64,000 bases of DNA from Bdellovibrionota bacterium (GCA_050950765.1 JBMNIF010000002.1:640001-704000); one strand, 5' to 3'. Positions 50,134 to 60,076 are shown, counted from the stretch's first letter. Translations and numbers: made by a program. The notes: a model not told the origin generated them from the letters alone.

Positions 50134-50734
50134 TATATCTTTTCCTCCAAATAAGCTCCCGCTAAACACAGATTACTCTTTGTTTAAAGGGGATAATTGT
50201 TTTATTGATAACCGTTCACGTCATATCTTTAAAGACGATGCGAATTATCACGTTTGTTCAAAGCGAAGAAGTAGGTCTCCAGTATCAATCCGAATTATCA
50301 AAATTAGCCGGAAAATTATTTTAGGATCCCCTGCCCTCGTCCGTTTCTTCTAAATACCGCACAAAAGGCTTCTGCAAAGAAGGTTGCATTTTGCTTAAAA
50401 TAAATAGCGTATTGCTATAAATTGTAGATAAATCAAATAGTTGTTTTTATCTGACAGAGTACGGTAGTAAAAAATACAAACGTTACATCGCTTACGGCAA
50501 AGCCAATATGCGCACGGTTAGAGACGATTTCAAGGGTGAGACACAAAAAATATGCTCTCACATAGAAATAAAATAGCGTTTTATTTTAAAGAGTTATCGA
50601 AAAACACCCCTTAGAACTGTTTTGTGGTGTCACAGTTTGCGGTCACTTACTCTTTTAGCATATCATTAAGGTTTATGCTTAAATAAAGAGGTCGCTTTTT
50701 TCTTATAAGCGTGTAAGTGAGATAGTTTGAGGAT

Positions 50735-51928
50735 ATGATGGCTAGTGTAAATAACGATCTGGGTTCTGCCGAATACGTTGATGATGGCGTTTTTTCCGGA
50801 GTAAGTACTTTGTGTGAAAAAGGTGTTCAGGATGGAACTTTTCCAGGTTGTGTAATTTCAGTTGCTGTCGGTGGTCGCGAATTATATAAGCGTGCCTTTG
50901 GAGTAAAATCTTTAATTAGAGAGAAAGATGAAGCTCCGCTACCGATGCACCTTTCAACTGTCTTTGATATCGCTTCAGTTACAAATGTGCTTGTAACAAC
51001 CACCATTTTGATGAGGTTGGTGCAAAGTGGTCGCATCGGACTTGATGATCGGGTCTTAAGATATATTCAAAGTTTTGGAGTAAACGGTAAATCCACTATT
51101 ACTATTAGACACCTTTTAAATCACTCTTCTGGTTTGCCCTCTTGGGTGCCGTATTTTGAAGAGTTAATACGTTTACACGAAGGTGAGAGACGGGGCATTT
51201 TAACCAGTAGTGGTGCTAAAGAATACGTCTATAACGCCATCAATAGAGCACAGTTAAAGTTTGAACCAGGAACAAAGCAGGTTTATAGCGATGTCGGTTT
51301 TATCTTGTTAGGTCATTTGATTGAGATCGTAACAGGTACAAAGTTAGATCGAGCTGCGCAACAATACGTTTTTCAACCTTTGGGGCTGAAGAGCACTAGC
51401 TTTATTGATCTAGCAATGATTAGACGTAGAGGGATTCATCCAGTTAAAGATATGATCGCTCCGACGGAAGATTGTCAGTGGCGCGGTCGGGTCTTATGCG
51501 GTGAAGTCTTTGATGATAACGCTTGGGCAATGGGTGGAATCACTGGTAATAGCGGAGTTTTTAGTAGTCAAGCTGATCTACACACCTTTGCTGTTAAGAT
51601 GTTGCGCTCTTATACAGGACAAGATGATTTTGTTAGCCGAGATGTGGTGCGAGAGTTTTGGGGTGATGCAGAGATCTCTGCGGGGGATGGTTGGCGCTTA
51701 GGCTGGGATTCTCCAAGTAAAGAAAATGCTCTGTCTGAAACAAAATTATCACCGAATGCTGTTGGACAAAATGGTGCCTCTGGTTGTTCGATCTGGTTGG
51801 AGCCGGAGAGAGGGATCGATATTGTTTTACTTTCAAATAAGGTACATCCTTCAAGATCTAATAAGAAGTTGCGTACTTTCAGACCTATTTTGATTGATGC
51901 AATTTTAACAACACTTGAAAAGTTGTAG
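50735..51928 (+). CDS. beta-lactamase-family serine hydrolase (AmiE-like) with altered active-site motifs
   Basis: FDIASVTN (SxxK has Asn), HLLNHSSGL, YSDVGFILLG, GEVFDDNA. Confidence 0.85.
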   Translation: MMASVNNDLGSAEYVDDGVFSGVSTLCEKGVQDGTFPGCVISVAVGGRELYKRAFGVKSLIREKDEAPLPMHLSTVFDIASVTNVLVTTTILMRLVQSGRIGLDDRVLRYIQSFGVNGKSTITIRHLLNHSSGLPSWVPYFEELIRLHEGERRGILTSSGAKEYVYNAINRAQLKFEPGTKQVYSDVGFILLGHLIEIVTGTKLDRAAQQYVFQPLGLKSTSFIDLAMIRRRGIHPVKDMIAPTEDCQWRGRVLCGEVFDDNAWAMGGITGNSGVFSSQADLHTFAVKMLRSYTGQDDFVSRDVVREFWGDAEISAGDGWRLGWDSPSKENALSETKLSPNAVGQNGASGCSIWLEPERGIDIVLLSNKVHPSRSNKKLRTFRPILIDAILTTLEKL

Positions 51929-52025
51929 CTACCGTCAATAATATTTTTTTGTGTAAAGTAGTGTAGTTTCCTTAGTAGGAATATCTTTTTTTTAATTTTA
52001 TAAGAAGCGCAAGAAAGGTGTCGTC

Positions 52026-53093
52026 ATGTGGACAAGATTAGAAGAGGTGGAAAAGAGATTTGAAGAGTTGGGAAAAGAGCTTTCCTCTCCCGATATTGCG
52101 AATGATGTGCAGGCATTAAAAAAATATTCTAAAGAGCATAAAGATTTAAGTGAGATCGTTGAGACGTTCAGACAATATAAAAAAGTTAAGACCGAGATTG
52201 AAGATAGTAAAGAGCTACTTTCAGGTGGTGATGCTGATCTGGCAGCACTTGCTAAAGAAGAGTTGTCAGAGCTGCAGGAAGAGTTACAAGAGTTGGAGGA
52301 TAGATTAAAAGTCTTACTTTTGCCGAAAGATCCTAACGATGAAAAAGATGTTATTTTAGAGATTCGTGCTGGTGCTGGTGGTGATGAAGCAGCTCTTTTT
52401 GCAGCGGAACTATTCAGATTGTATTGTCGTTATGCTGAACAACGTGGTTGGAAAGTGGATATCATGGGGATAAGTGAAGCTTCTTCGGGTGGATATAAGG
52501 AGGTCTTAGCAACGATCAGTGGAGATTCCGTTTTTAGCAGATTAAAATTTGAACGTGGTGTGCATCGTGTGCAACGTGTGCCTGTAACTGAGACTCAAGG
52601 AAGGATACATACTTCGACGGTTACGGTAGCAGTTTTACCAGAAGCTGAAGATGTTGATATTGAGTTGCTTGATAAAGATCTAAGAATTGATGTTTATCGT
52701 GCCGGTGGACCAGGGGGACAGTGTGTTAATACAACTGATTCGGCAGTGCGCATTACGCATATACCTACGGGAATGGTGGTTGCGATTCAGGATGAAAAGT
52801 CTCAACATAAAAATAAGGAAAAAGCTTTAAAATTGTTACGTGCCAGACTCCTTGAGAAAAAACAGGAAGAGGCTGATGCCGAGAGGCGTGATGATAGACG
52901 TAGCCAAGTCGGAACGGGAGATCGTTCAGAAAAAATTAGAACTTATAACTTTCCACAGTCGCGTATAACTGATCACAGGATAGGGTTGACCATTCATTCT
53001 ATAGATCAGGTGATGATGGGGGATTTAAATCAGTTACTTGAACCGTTAATGGCTTACTACCAAGCGGAAGCATTAAAGGGCGGTAATGGTTAA
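52026..53093 (+). CDS. prfA: peptide chain release factor 1
   Basis: EIRAGAGGDEA, VHRVQRVPVTE (PxT), GGQ, IRTYNFPQ. Confidence 0.98.
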   Translation: MWTRLEEVEKRFEELGKELSSPDIANDVQALKKYSKEHKDLSEIVETFRQYKKVKTEIEDSKELLSGGDADLAALAKEELSELQEELQELEDRLKVLLLPKDPNDEKDVILEIRAGAGGDEAALFAAELFRLYCRYAEQRGWKVDIMGISEASSGGYKEVLATISGDSVFSRLKFERGVHRVQRVPVTETQGRIHTSTVTVAVLPEAEDVDIELLDKDLRIDVYRAGGPGGQCVNTTDSAVRITHIPTGMVVAIQDEKSQHKNKEKALKLLRARLLEKKQEEADAERRDDRRSQVGTGDRSEKIRTYNFPQSRITDHRIGLTIHSIDQVMMGDLNQLLEPLMAYYQAEALKGGNG

Positions 53094-53183
53094 TACTTTA
53101 AAGGGTAGGTATAAAAACTGCTCTTAAGGATTGTTGAAAGCGTGGATATGATTGCGTTTGCAAAGTAGAGATAAGAACTGATT

Positions 53184-54065
53184 ATGAACCAAAGTTACGA
53201 TGAGATACTAATATCTTCTGCGGCTGAATTGGTGGATTATTCAAGCACTCCACGTCTTGATGCTGAAATTTTACTTGCCTTAGCTCTCTCGATAGACCGC
53301 ACTACGTTGCACGCTAATTTAGATCAGAAGATCACCTCTGCTGAATACGATCGTTTCTGTGTTTTTCTTACAAGAAGAAAAGCTTTTGAGCCTATCGCCT
53401 ATATCGTAGGAAAAAAAGAGTTTTATGGTTTAGATTTTTTAGTTAATCGTTCTGTCTTGGTGCCACGCCCTGAAAGTGAATTGATTATAGAGAAAAGCTT
53501 ACGGTTTTTAGAAAATTACAACTCGGATCCTTTAACAGTTCTGGATTTAGGGACTGGTTCCGGTTGTTTGGCGGTTACTTTGGCAGTGGAGTTAAAAAAA
53601 CGGCAGAGGCGGGTTGATATCTTGGCGACGGATCTCTCTGGTGATGCTTTAGATATTGCTGCGGAGAATGCCTTGCGTCACGGTGTGACGGAAGATATAG
53701 CTTTTTTAGAAAGCTCATGGTTCTCTGCTTTAGATCAAAATGAAGATCTTTTTGATCTAATTATCTCCAATCCGCCGTATATCTCACTTAAAGAACAGAA
53801 CTTACCTCGTGACTTGCGCCATGAACCGCAAGAAGCTCTTTTTTCAGGCATTGACGGTTTAAATGATATCGAAGAATTGATTTCTAAGGCATCATCTTTT
53901 TTAAAAACAGGTGGACTCTTTCTTTGTGAGATCGGTGAATCTCAAAAAAGAGAGATAATGGAGCTTTTTTTGCAGATTAATCCGCAATTAAATACACCTT
54001 ATAAAGCCATCACCTTTTATAAAGACTTTGCGGGACGAGACCGCATCATGGCGTTAAAAGTTTGA
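53184..54065 (+). CDS. prmC: release factor glutamine methyltransferase
   Basis: EPIAYI, VLVPRPESE, LDLGTGSG, SNPPY; downstream of prfA. Confidence 0.96.
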   Translation: MNQSYDEILISSAAELVDYSSTPRLDAEILLALALSIDRTTLHANLDQKITSAEYDRFCVFLTRRKAFEPIAYIVGKKEFYGLDFLVNRSVLVPRPESELIIEKSLRFLENYNSDPLTVLDLGTGSGCLAVTLAVELKKRQRRVDILATDLSGDALDIAAENALRHGVTEDIAFLESSWFSALDQNEDLFDLIISNPPYISLKEQNLPRDLRHEPQEALFSGIDGLNDIEELISKASSFLKTGGLFLCEIGESQKREIMELFLQINPQLNTPYKAITFYKDFAGRDRIMALKV

Positions 54066-54109
54066 TCGATCTCTTAACGCAGAAGTAGAGCCTACCTAAA
54101 ATTAACGCA

Positions 54110-55237
54110 TTATGATTTCTGCAAGATAAAGTCTTTACCGTGTAGCGTTGTGTTTAGCGGTTCTATAACAACCTCTCTATCTTTTGCCTCTTCAATCTCA
54201 CCTGCGATTACACCATTTAAGTTTACTGTTTTTGCAAGTTCCACAGCTTTTTCTGCACTTGCTTGATCGGGAAGATAAACAGCAAGCCCTGCACCGTAGT
54301 TAAATATCTCAACCATGCGTGAAGGTGGTGTGTTGCTGTGTTCTTCGATAAAGGAAAATACTTCTGGAACGGGTAGCATCTTGTTTATAACGTAGCGATA
54401 CGGTTTCGCCGAACGCATTAACTTTTGCCAACCGTGACCTGTAATGTTTTCAATGTTTGTAGGTTTTATTCCAGCCTTGAGGAGGGTCTGAACGTAAGGG
54501 GTATAAAGTTTTGAACCACGATTTATAGCACGCCAGTACTCTTCACCACTTGGCAAAGTTGTGCGATAACCGTGAGGCAAGCGGCTTGCTAATTCGCGCA
54601 GTGCTGTAAAACCGTTTTCATGGGGACCAGAGCTTTCGATAAAAACGATCTTGTCTCCAGCTTTAATGGCGTTGCTACTAATCGGGGAGAGTCCCGCTGG
54701 CATAAGTCCGAAAAGTGCCCCTGCGATATCGAGTTTGTCTGTAACGATTTTATTCTTAAGTTGTGGTGTTTCTCCCGAAAAATAAACGCACTTTACAAGG
54801 CGGCAGCCATCTACGAAACCATCAAGAAAGCCTTTTAAAAACTCTTCATTAAAAACTATCTCGGGTGAGCTGCTCGGTAGGTAAAGCCCGAGTAGAATAG
54901 TTTGTAGCCCTGAAGCAGCAGCATCATTGGTTAGTGCAGACATCATCTTTGTAGCGATGTTATACCAGAATTCGTATTGTTCAGATTTTGAGAGATCTTC
55001 AGGGCGGGCATCATCAGCTGTGCCCAAGCCTTCTGGAAGGAGGGTGATATAGAGATTTTCCGCGCCTGATCTGATGTATGGCGCAAGGTTTAGGGAAAAG
55101 ATATTAGCGCTAGCGCCGAGTTTCGTATCAGGCACGAAGCCGAAATCTTCAGCGAACGTTAATGTACGTCGTGCTGCTTCAATAAAAGCCTGTTTGGCGC
55201 GGTCAAGTACGTTATATTCAACTTGATCTAATGTCAT
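54110..55237 (-). CDS. purM: AIR synthase (PurM)-family protein, divergent
   Basis: EGLGT, ND, GET, SSGPHENG, NITGHG, FNYGAG. Confidence 0.72.
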   Translation of the reverse strand: MTLDQVEYNVLDRAKQAFIEAARRTLTFAEDFGFVPDTKLGASANIFSLNLAPYIRSGAENLYITLLPEGLGTADDARPEDLSKSEQYEFWYNIATKMMSALTNDAAASGLQTILLGLYLPSSSPEIVFNEEFLKGFLDGFVDGCRLVKCVYFSGETPQLKNKIVTDKLDIAGALFGLMPAGLSPISSNAIKAGDKIVFIESSGPHENGFTALRELASRLPHGYRTTLPSGEEYWRAINRGSKLYTPYVQTLLKAGIKPTNIENITGHGWQKLMRSAKPYRYVINKMLPVPEVFSFIEEHSNTPPSRMVEIFNYGAGLAVYLPDQASAEKAVELAKTVNLNGVIAGEIEEAKDREVVIEPLNTTLHGKDFILQKS

Positions 55238-55526
55238 GCTAATACCTCACAATAATATAGTAAGAAATATAGTAAGAGCTGTTTTAAAGTAAAAATACAC
55301 TTTTGTTATTAAGTTTAAAACAGATCCTTGCTTTGATTCAAGGTTGTTAAGAACCATTAGGGGGGCTTATGGCTCAAAAATAATGTCACTTTTTGAGGCG
55401 ATGCGGGGTGTTGTATAAGTTCTGAAGGAATACCATTACAAATTCGGGGGGTAAAACGTTATAAAAACAGAGCTACCTGTATAATTTATACTTGAATCAT
55501 AGAAACGGGAGGGGTAGGTTAAGTTT

Positions 55527-56018
55527 ATGGTATTTAATAAAGTCAAAAAATTTCCAGGTTTAAAGATGAAGAAACTTGCAGGTGGCAAACATCCTGTAAA
55601 GTTAGTAGAGGAGTTTATTACTAAGCGCGGCTTCGATCCGAACGTTTGTCTTAGTGAAAAAACAGCCGATACTGTGCGTTGGATGCTTAAACTTGGTGAT
55701 GAAGAAGAGCTTGAAGTTTTAGTCGAAGGTTTAACGAAACCGGCAGAAACTACTATTTATATGGGGGTGAATATCGCAACCGTACCTATTCGGGGTGCCC
55801 TTGATATGTTGGTTTCGGCGTTAGAGATTGCAGATGGGTTGGTTGGGATAAAAGTTAGTTTAGTCGGACATTTTCTAGTATTAAGTGCCAGCTTAGGACT
55901 CTCCGGAGTTTCAGTAGATGATCTAGAGTATAATTATAACCTAATCGAGGCGCAACAAGCTTGGTTTAAAAACGCTCTTTCCGAAGAGTTAGGGTTAGAA
56001 AATTTCTCAGAAGAATAA
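55527..56018 (+). CDS. YbjN / CesT-type (T3SS chaperone-fold) acidic protein
   Basis: About 150 aa, acidic, alpha-beta-beta-beta-alpha-beta-beta-alpha pattern by eye. Confidence 0.5.
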   Translation: MVFNKVKKFPGLKMKKLAGGKHPVKLVEEFITKRGFDPNVCLSEKTADTVRWMLKLGDEEELEVLVEGLTKPAETTIYMGVNIATVPIRGALDMLVSALEIADGLVGIKVSLVGHFLVLSASLGLSGVSVDDLEYNYNLIEAQQAWFKNALSEELGLENFSEE

Positions 56019-56180
56019 TTTTACTATGCGCCTTTAAGTGGGAGAGGAAAAAATGCTCTTTCCGAAGAGTTAGGATTAGAAAATTTCTCAGAAGAATAAT
56101 TTTACTATGCGCCTTTAAGTGGGAGAGGAAAAAATGCTCTTTCTGAAGAGTTAGGATTAGAAAATTTCTCTGAAGAATAA
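55968..56180. repeat. tandem repeat, 81 bp x2.6, copying the last 16 codons and stop of the upstream gene
   Basis: GCTCTTTC.GAAGAGTTAGG at 55974, 56055, 56136; two identical 30-nt linkers. Confidence 0.95.
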
Positions 56181-56219
56181 ACTAAACATAGATCCTCAAG
56201 GGGGGAAAAAATTTTTACG

Positions 56220-57851
56220 TTATAACCGTGGGCGTGGTAAGATGTATTGAGTTACCAGTTCTTCATTTTTCGCTTGTAGTTCGAGGTTTTTGATTAAGAT
56301 TGCTGGTGAGATGGTTGAAACGGGGATGATTCCTGATTCAGCACCGCAGTAGTGATTCTCCAGAATCTGTTCATCTCCAACAGCGATGATGCTACTTAAT
56401 GCTTGTAGAGGGGTTCCGACAAAATTTACTCCGCGCACTACATATTCGCGACCTGTTTTTGTAACAAGGGTAGCGTAAGAAATTTCACCTGAAAAAGCTT
56501 GGAAATCGTATTTTGTCGTATCAGTTTCTCCACCAGCAGTTTCATATACGATCATACCAAACGGTTTCTTCTGTGCTCGAATCTCTTCTATTAGTTTCTG
56601 CTTCAACTCATCCCACGTGACGGGGTTTTTGCCTTTTACGATCGTTACGGCCATACGGCTAATGGGACGTTGATACTTTCGACTGCGTGCGTGTCCGTTT
56701 AAGGTGTTATTTGGAACGGGGATGGCAGCGCGTGAGTTTAAAAATCCCGTTAATGCACCGTCTTGTACTAACTTTGCTTCGGCAGCAGGAGTGCCTTCAT
56801 CATCGAAATCATACGCTCCTATACAACCGCGACTTTTAAAGCGTGTAACTGTGGGATCGTCCGAGATGTCTAGAGGAACTTCAATAATCTTTTGTCCGAC
56901 CTTCCCCTTAAAAGTTTGTCCTTCGCCACTGAAGAGAAGGCGATTCCCTTCAAGTCTGTGTCCGATAGCTTCGTGAAAGAGTAGCCCCGCTGGTTTTTGA
57001 GCAAGTAGTACCGGTCCTGAGAAGGAGTGAATTCGTTTTGAATGTATAAGATTTAGGAGTTGCTTATGTTTTTCAAGGATCAGTTTTTTAAATTGTTTAG
57101 CAGTGGGGAGCTCTTTTTGTGTTGTTACATGGAAAACTAAATTTTGCTCGATATTTACCCCCTCTTTTGTGAGATTGCGCATTACTGCAAATAGGGAAAA
57201 AATTCTAAAGTGACGCACGATGATACGATTTTCTGTACTAACGAAAAGTTTTGTTTCTTGAGAAGTATCAAACTCAACCCAGCTGGTGGAAACTTTTGGT
57301 AGCTCTGCGATCCACTTTGAAGCTGTTTTGCAGAAATTAACCCACTTATTTTCATCTAAGGTTTCTAGTCGTGAGTATTTAACATCATAACAAGGTGGTA
57401 GCTTTGTAAAGGAGGCATATTTACCGTTTTCATCAACCGTAGAAACGCGAGCGGCTTCTTTTTCACTGTAATCAGTTAAGGCTTCACGAAATTTTGCTTC
57501 GGAAAGACGCCATAACGCCAAGCGTAAAGCATCGTGACACTTAGTATCGATCGGTAACGTGATGTGATTGATCGATTCCAACTCATCATCGTTATCAAAG
57601 AGTCCGCCGTTTGTAGTCTGGTCTCTCTTATAACTATTAACTCTGATATCGGCGTAAACGTTACGGGTGTGATCAGATCTTTTGCGGTAGACAGAACCGC
57701 TACTAGCCCAAGTGTTAAACCATTCAATGTCACGTAATAAAAAAGAGCAGTAGTATGGAGACGGAAAACCGCGAACCTTCATCTTTAAGGTTCTTTTGCT
57801 GTCTTTACGCAAAATGGGGATTAACATATCTATTGTCGAACGGTCTAACAT
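56220..57851 (-). CDS. tldD: TldD/PmbA-family metalloprotease (TldD-type)
   Basis: LFHEAIGHRLEG (HExxxH), YDFDDEG, NGHAR, YCGAESG. Confidence 0.85.
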   Translation of the reverse strand: MLDRSTIDMLIPILRKDSKRTLKMKVRGFPSPYYCSFLLRDIEWFNTWASSGSVYRKRSDHTRNVYADIRVNSYKRDQTTNGGLFDNDDELESINHITLPIDTKCHDALRLALWRLSEAKFREALTDYSEKEAARVSTVDENGKYASFTKLPPCYDVKYSRLETLDENKWVNFCKTASKWIAELPKVSTSWVEFDTSQETKLFVSTENRIIVRHFRIFSLFAVMRNLTKEGVNIEQNLVFHVTTQKELPTAKQFKKLILEKHKQLLNLIHSKRIHSFSGPVLLAQKPAGLLFHEAIGHRLEGNRLLFSGEGQTFKGKVGQKIIEVPLDISDDPTVTRFKSRGCIGAYDFDDEGTPAAEAKLVQDGALTGFLNSRAAIPVPNNTLNGHARSRKYQRPISRMAVTIVKGKNPVTWDELKQKLIEEIRAQKKPFGMIVYETAGGETDTTKYDFQAFSGEISYATLVTKTGREYVVRGVNFVGTPLQALSSIIAVGDEQILENHYCGAESGIIPVSTISPAILIKNLELQAKNEELVTQYILPRPRL

Positions 57852-58417
57852 ATTAAATCCGATAAAAATCCTAAAAAATAACACTTCGGCAAACGGTTAT
57901 ATCTCCATAGGAAGGTAAAAACATTGCTTCTTTGTTAGTGGTGACGTTCTATTTTGTCGGCATTCTAGGATAGAAAGTTAAATTTTTAAAGAGATTAAGG
58001 GGTTAGTAAAGATAGTGAAAGGTTAAAAAACATGAGAGGGGATGATTGTTGTAAGGGGGTTAAGTATTATAGCGCAGTTATTCGGCACCCCTGTTTTTAC
58101 TTTTAATTTACCTATCGAGGTAATGAAAGGCGTTTTATTAAAACCATGTTCCAAAAGATGTTGTGATATAGAGGTGCATTCAATAGTTATGAAAAAAGCA
58201 CAAGAGTTTTTATTGAGGAAAAAAGGAAGTCTTAAAAGCAAGAAAGTTCTCGGTGAGGAAAAAAATCTGTTGTGAATGGCAAAGGGGGTAAGGAAAAAAA
58301 TCGAGACCCTATATTTTAAATGAGTGAATGGTATAGGAGCCCTCCTTATTGAGATAATCCCAGTAAGGAGGGTGTGAGGTGTTTTATCCAGAGTTGTGAT
58401 GTTGGAATAGTTTTTCT

Positions 58418-60076
58418 TTATTGTGGTGTGCTGGCTTGTAGTTTGCTAGCAGCTATAATAGCTTGGTCAGCGCTCCAGAAGATATGATCTGCGCCGATAT
58501 CTTCTATTAAGCCACCTCTTTGCAACATCTCTTCTACTTTGGGGTTTAAGCCTGCTAACATCAATCCACCCCCTGCCGCCTGTAAACGATCGTTTAGTTT
58601 TTCAAGTACTCTTAGACCTGAAGAATCGATAAAGGGCATGCCGCGTATTGAAAGCACCAGATATTTTATGCCGTCAATATTAGCAAAGGCTTCATTGAAA
58701 TAACTTGTTGCTGCAAAGAAGAGTGGTCCATACAGGTAGGCAACTTTAATATTTTTACAACCGTGACAGACTTCAAGACCTTTTTTAATAAGCTTATCAC
58801 TATCAACATCTTCAATTACAATATCTATTTCAGAAACTTGGTTAAGGAAGATTAAAGCAGAAAATATAGATCCGACAAGGATAGCTTGTGTAAGATCCAA
58901 CACGATTGTAGCGAGTAGTGTAATTAAAAAGGCAGCAATTCCAGTTTTAAATTTCTTAGAAAAATAAAAATGGATAGCATCCCATTCATTCATGCGCCAA
59001 GCTGTAACTAATAGCACGCCTGCTAAGGCAGCCATCGGAACTTTTGAAATGATACCACTAAGTAAAAACATAGATGCCATTAAAATGATGGCGTGAATGA
59101 TGCTTGCCATGCGGGTTTGTCCACCGGAAGTAATACCGATAGAGCTACGTGCAATTGCTGCTGTGGCGGGTATGCCGCCCATAAAAGGAATTAAGATATT
59201 TCCGACACCTTGTGCTATTAACTCTTGGTTGGCACGTAATCTGATACCTGTCATATTACCGCCGACGGCTCCGCACAGTAAACTTTCAACCGCTCCTAAA
59301 GCTGCGATAGCCATAGCGGGAGCGATGAAGACCTGTAGATTATCCCACGGCATCTGAGAAAATGAAAAATGATCGTCAAGAAAAAGCGATCGCGGGATCT
59401 CTCCGATCTTAGCAATGGGGAGACTGAGCCCTTCACTTATTATAGTTGCTAAGATAATACCCACTAATGAAGATGGAACTTTAGCATTCCACTTTTTAGG
59501 CCAAAAGATCATAAAGGCGATAACAAGGCAACTTATTATCAAAGATGATGGATCAGGGGTTGGAAGCTCTTTAATATACCACAACACTTTGCCTACGGCG
59601 GTGGTTGTTGGTGCACTTTTAACACCAAAAAAATTATCGAGTTGTCCGAATACGATGGACAAAGCTATGCCGGAGGTAAACCCTGTAATAACAGGAGCCG
59701 GAACAAAAGCGATAAAGCGTCCTAATTTTAAAATACCGATCAGGAGTAAGAAGATACCGGCGAGTAGCCCAGCCACCCAGATCCCTTCCATCCCGTATTG
59801 TTGAGCAAGTGGAATTAGAATTGGACACATAGCACCGGTGGGACCTGAGATCTGATACGGTGCGCCGGAAAGGGCTCCGATAACTAAGCCTGCAACTATG
59901 GCTGTAACTAAACCTGCTGCTGCACTTGCTCCGGAAGCTGTACCAAAAGCCAAAGCTAAGGGTAGTGCGACAGCTGCTACGGTGCAGGCTGCAAAGAGGT
60001 CTTGGACAAATTTCTGTTTTGAATAATTACTAAACTCTCGGCGGTACAGTCCCACCAAACTGTGATCTTTTATCAT
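58418..60076 (-). CDS. SulP/SLC26 anion permease with STAS domain
   Basis: VALPLALAF, QISGPTGAM, ELIAQGVGN, ATAAIARS, GPLFFAA, IDSSG. Confidence 0.95.
   Translation of the reverse strand: MIKDHSLVGLYRREFSNYSKQKFVQDLFAACTVAAVALPLALAFGTASGASAAAGLVTAIVAGLVIGALSGAPYQISGPTGAMCPILIPLAQQYGMEGIWVAGLLAGIFLLLIGILKLGRFIAFVPAPVITGFTSGIALSIVFGQLDNFFGVKSAPTTTAVGKVLWYIKELPTPDPSSLIISCLVIAFMIFWPKKWNAKVPSSLVGIILATIISEGLSLPIAKIGEIPRSLFLDDHFSFSQMPWDNLQVFIAPAMAIAALGAVESLLCGAVGGNMTGIRLRANQELIAQGVGNILIPFMGGIPATAAIARSSIGITSGGQTRMASIIHAIILMASMFLLSGIISKVPMAALAGVLLVTAWRMNEWDAIHFYFSKKFKTGIAAFLITLLATIVLDLTQAILVGSIFSALIFLNQVSEIDIVIEDVDSDKLIKKGLEVCHGCKNIKVAYLYGPLFFAATSYFNEAFANIDGIKYLVLSIRGMPFIDSSGLRVLEKLNDRLQAAGGGLMLAGLNPKVEEMLQRGGLIEDIGADHIFWSADQAIIAASKLQASTPQ

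Noticed and set aside
50170..50730. CIRCE or sigma-54 promoter upstream of groES
   Set aside because: No TTAGCACTC-N9-GAGTGCTAA and no proper GG-N10-GC found; only an IHF-like AATCAAATAGTTG near 50431, too weak alone
55968..56180. CRISPR-like repeat-spacer appearance
   Set aside because: The spacers are identical, the repeat is the gene's own 3' end, and no cas genes are present
58023..58275. Two short opposite-strand ORFs, or a riboswitch upstream of tldD
   Set aside because: No recognisable protein motif and no convincing riboswitch core
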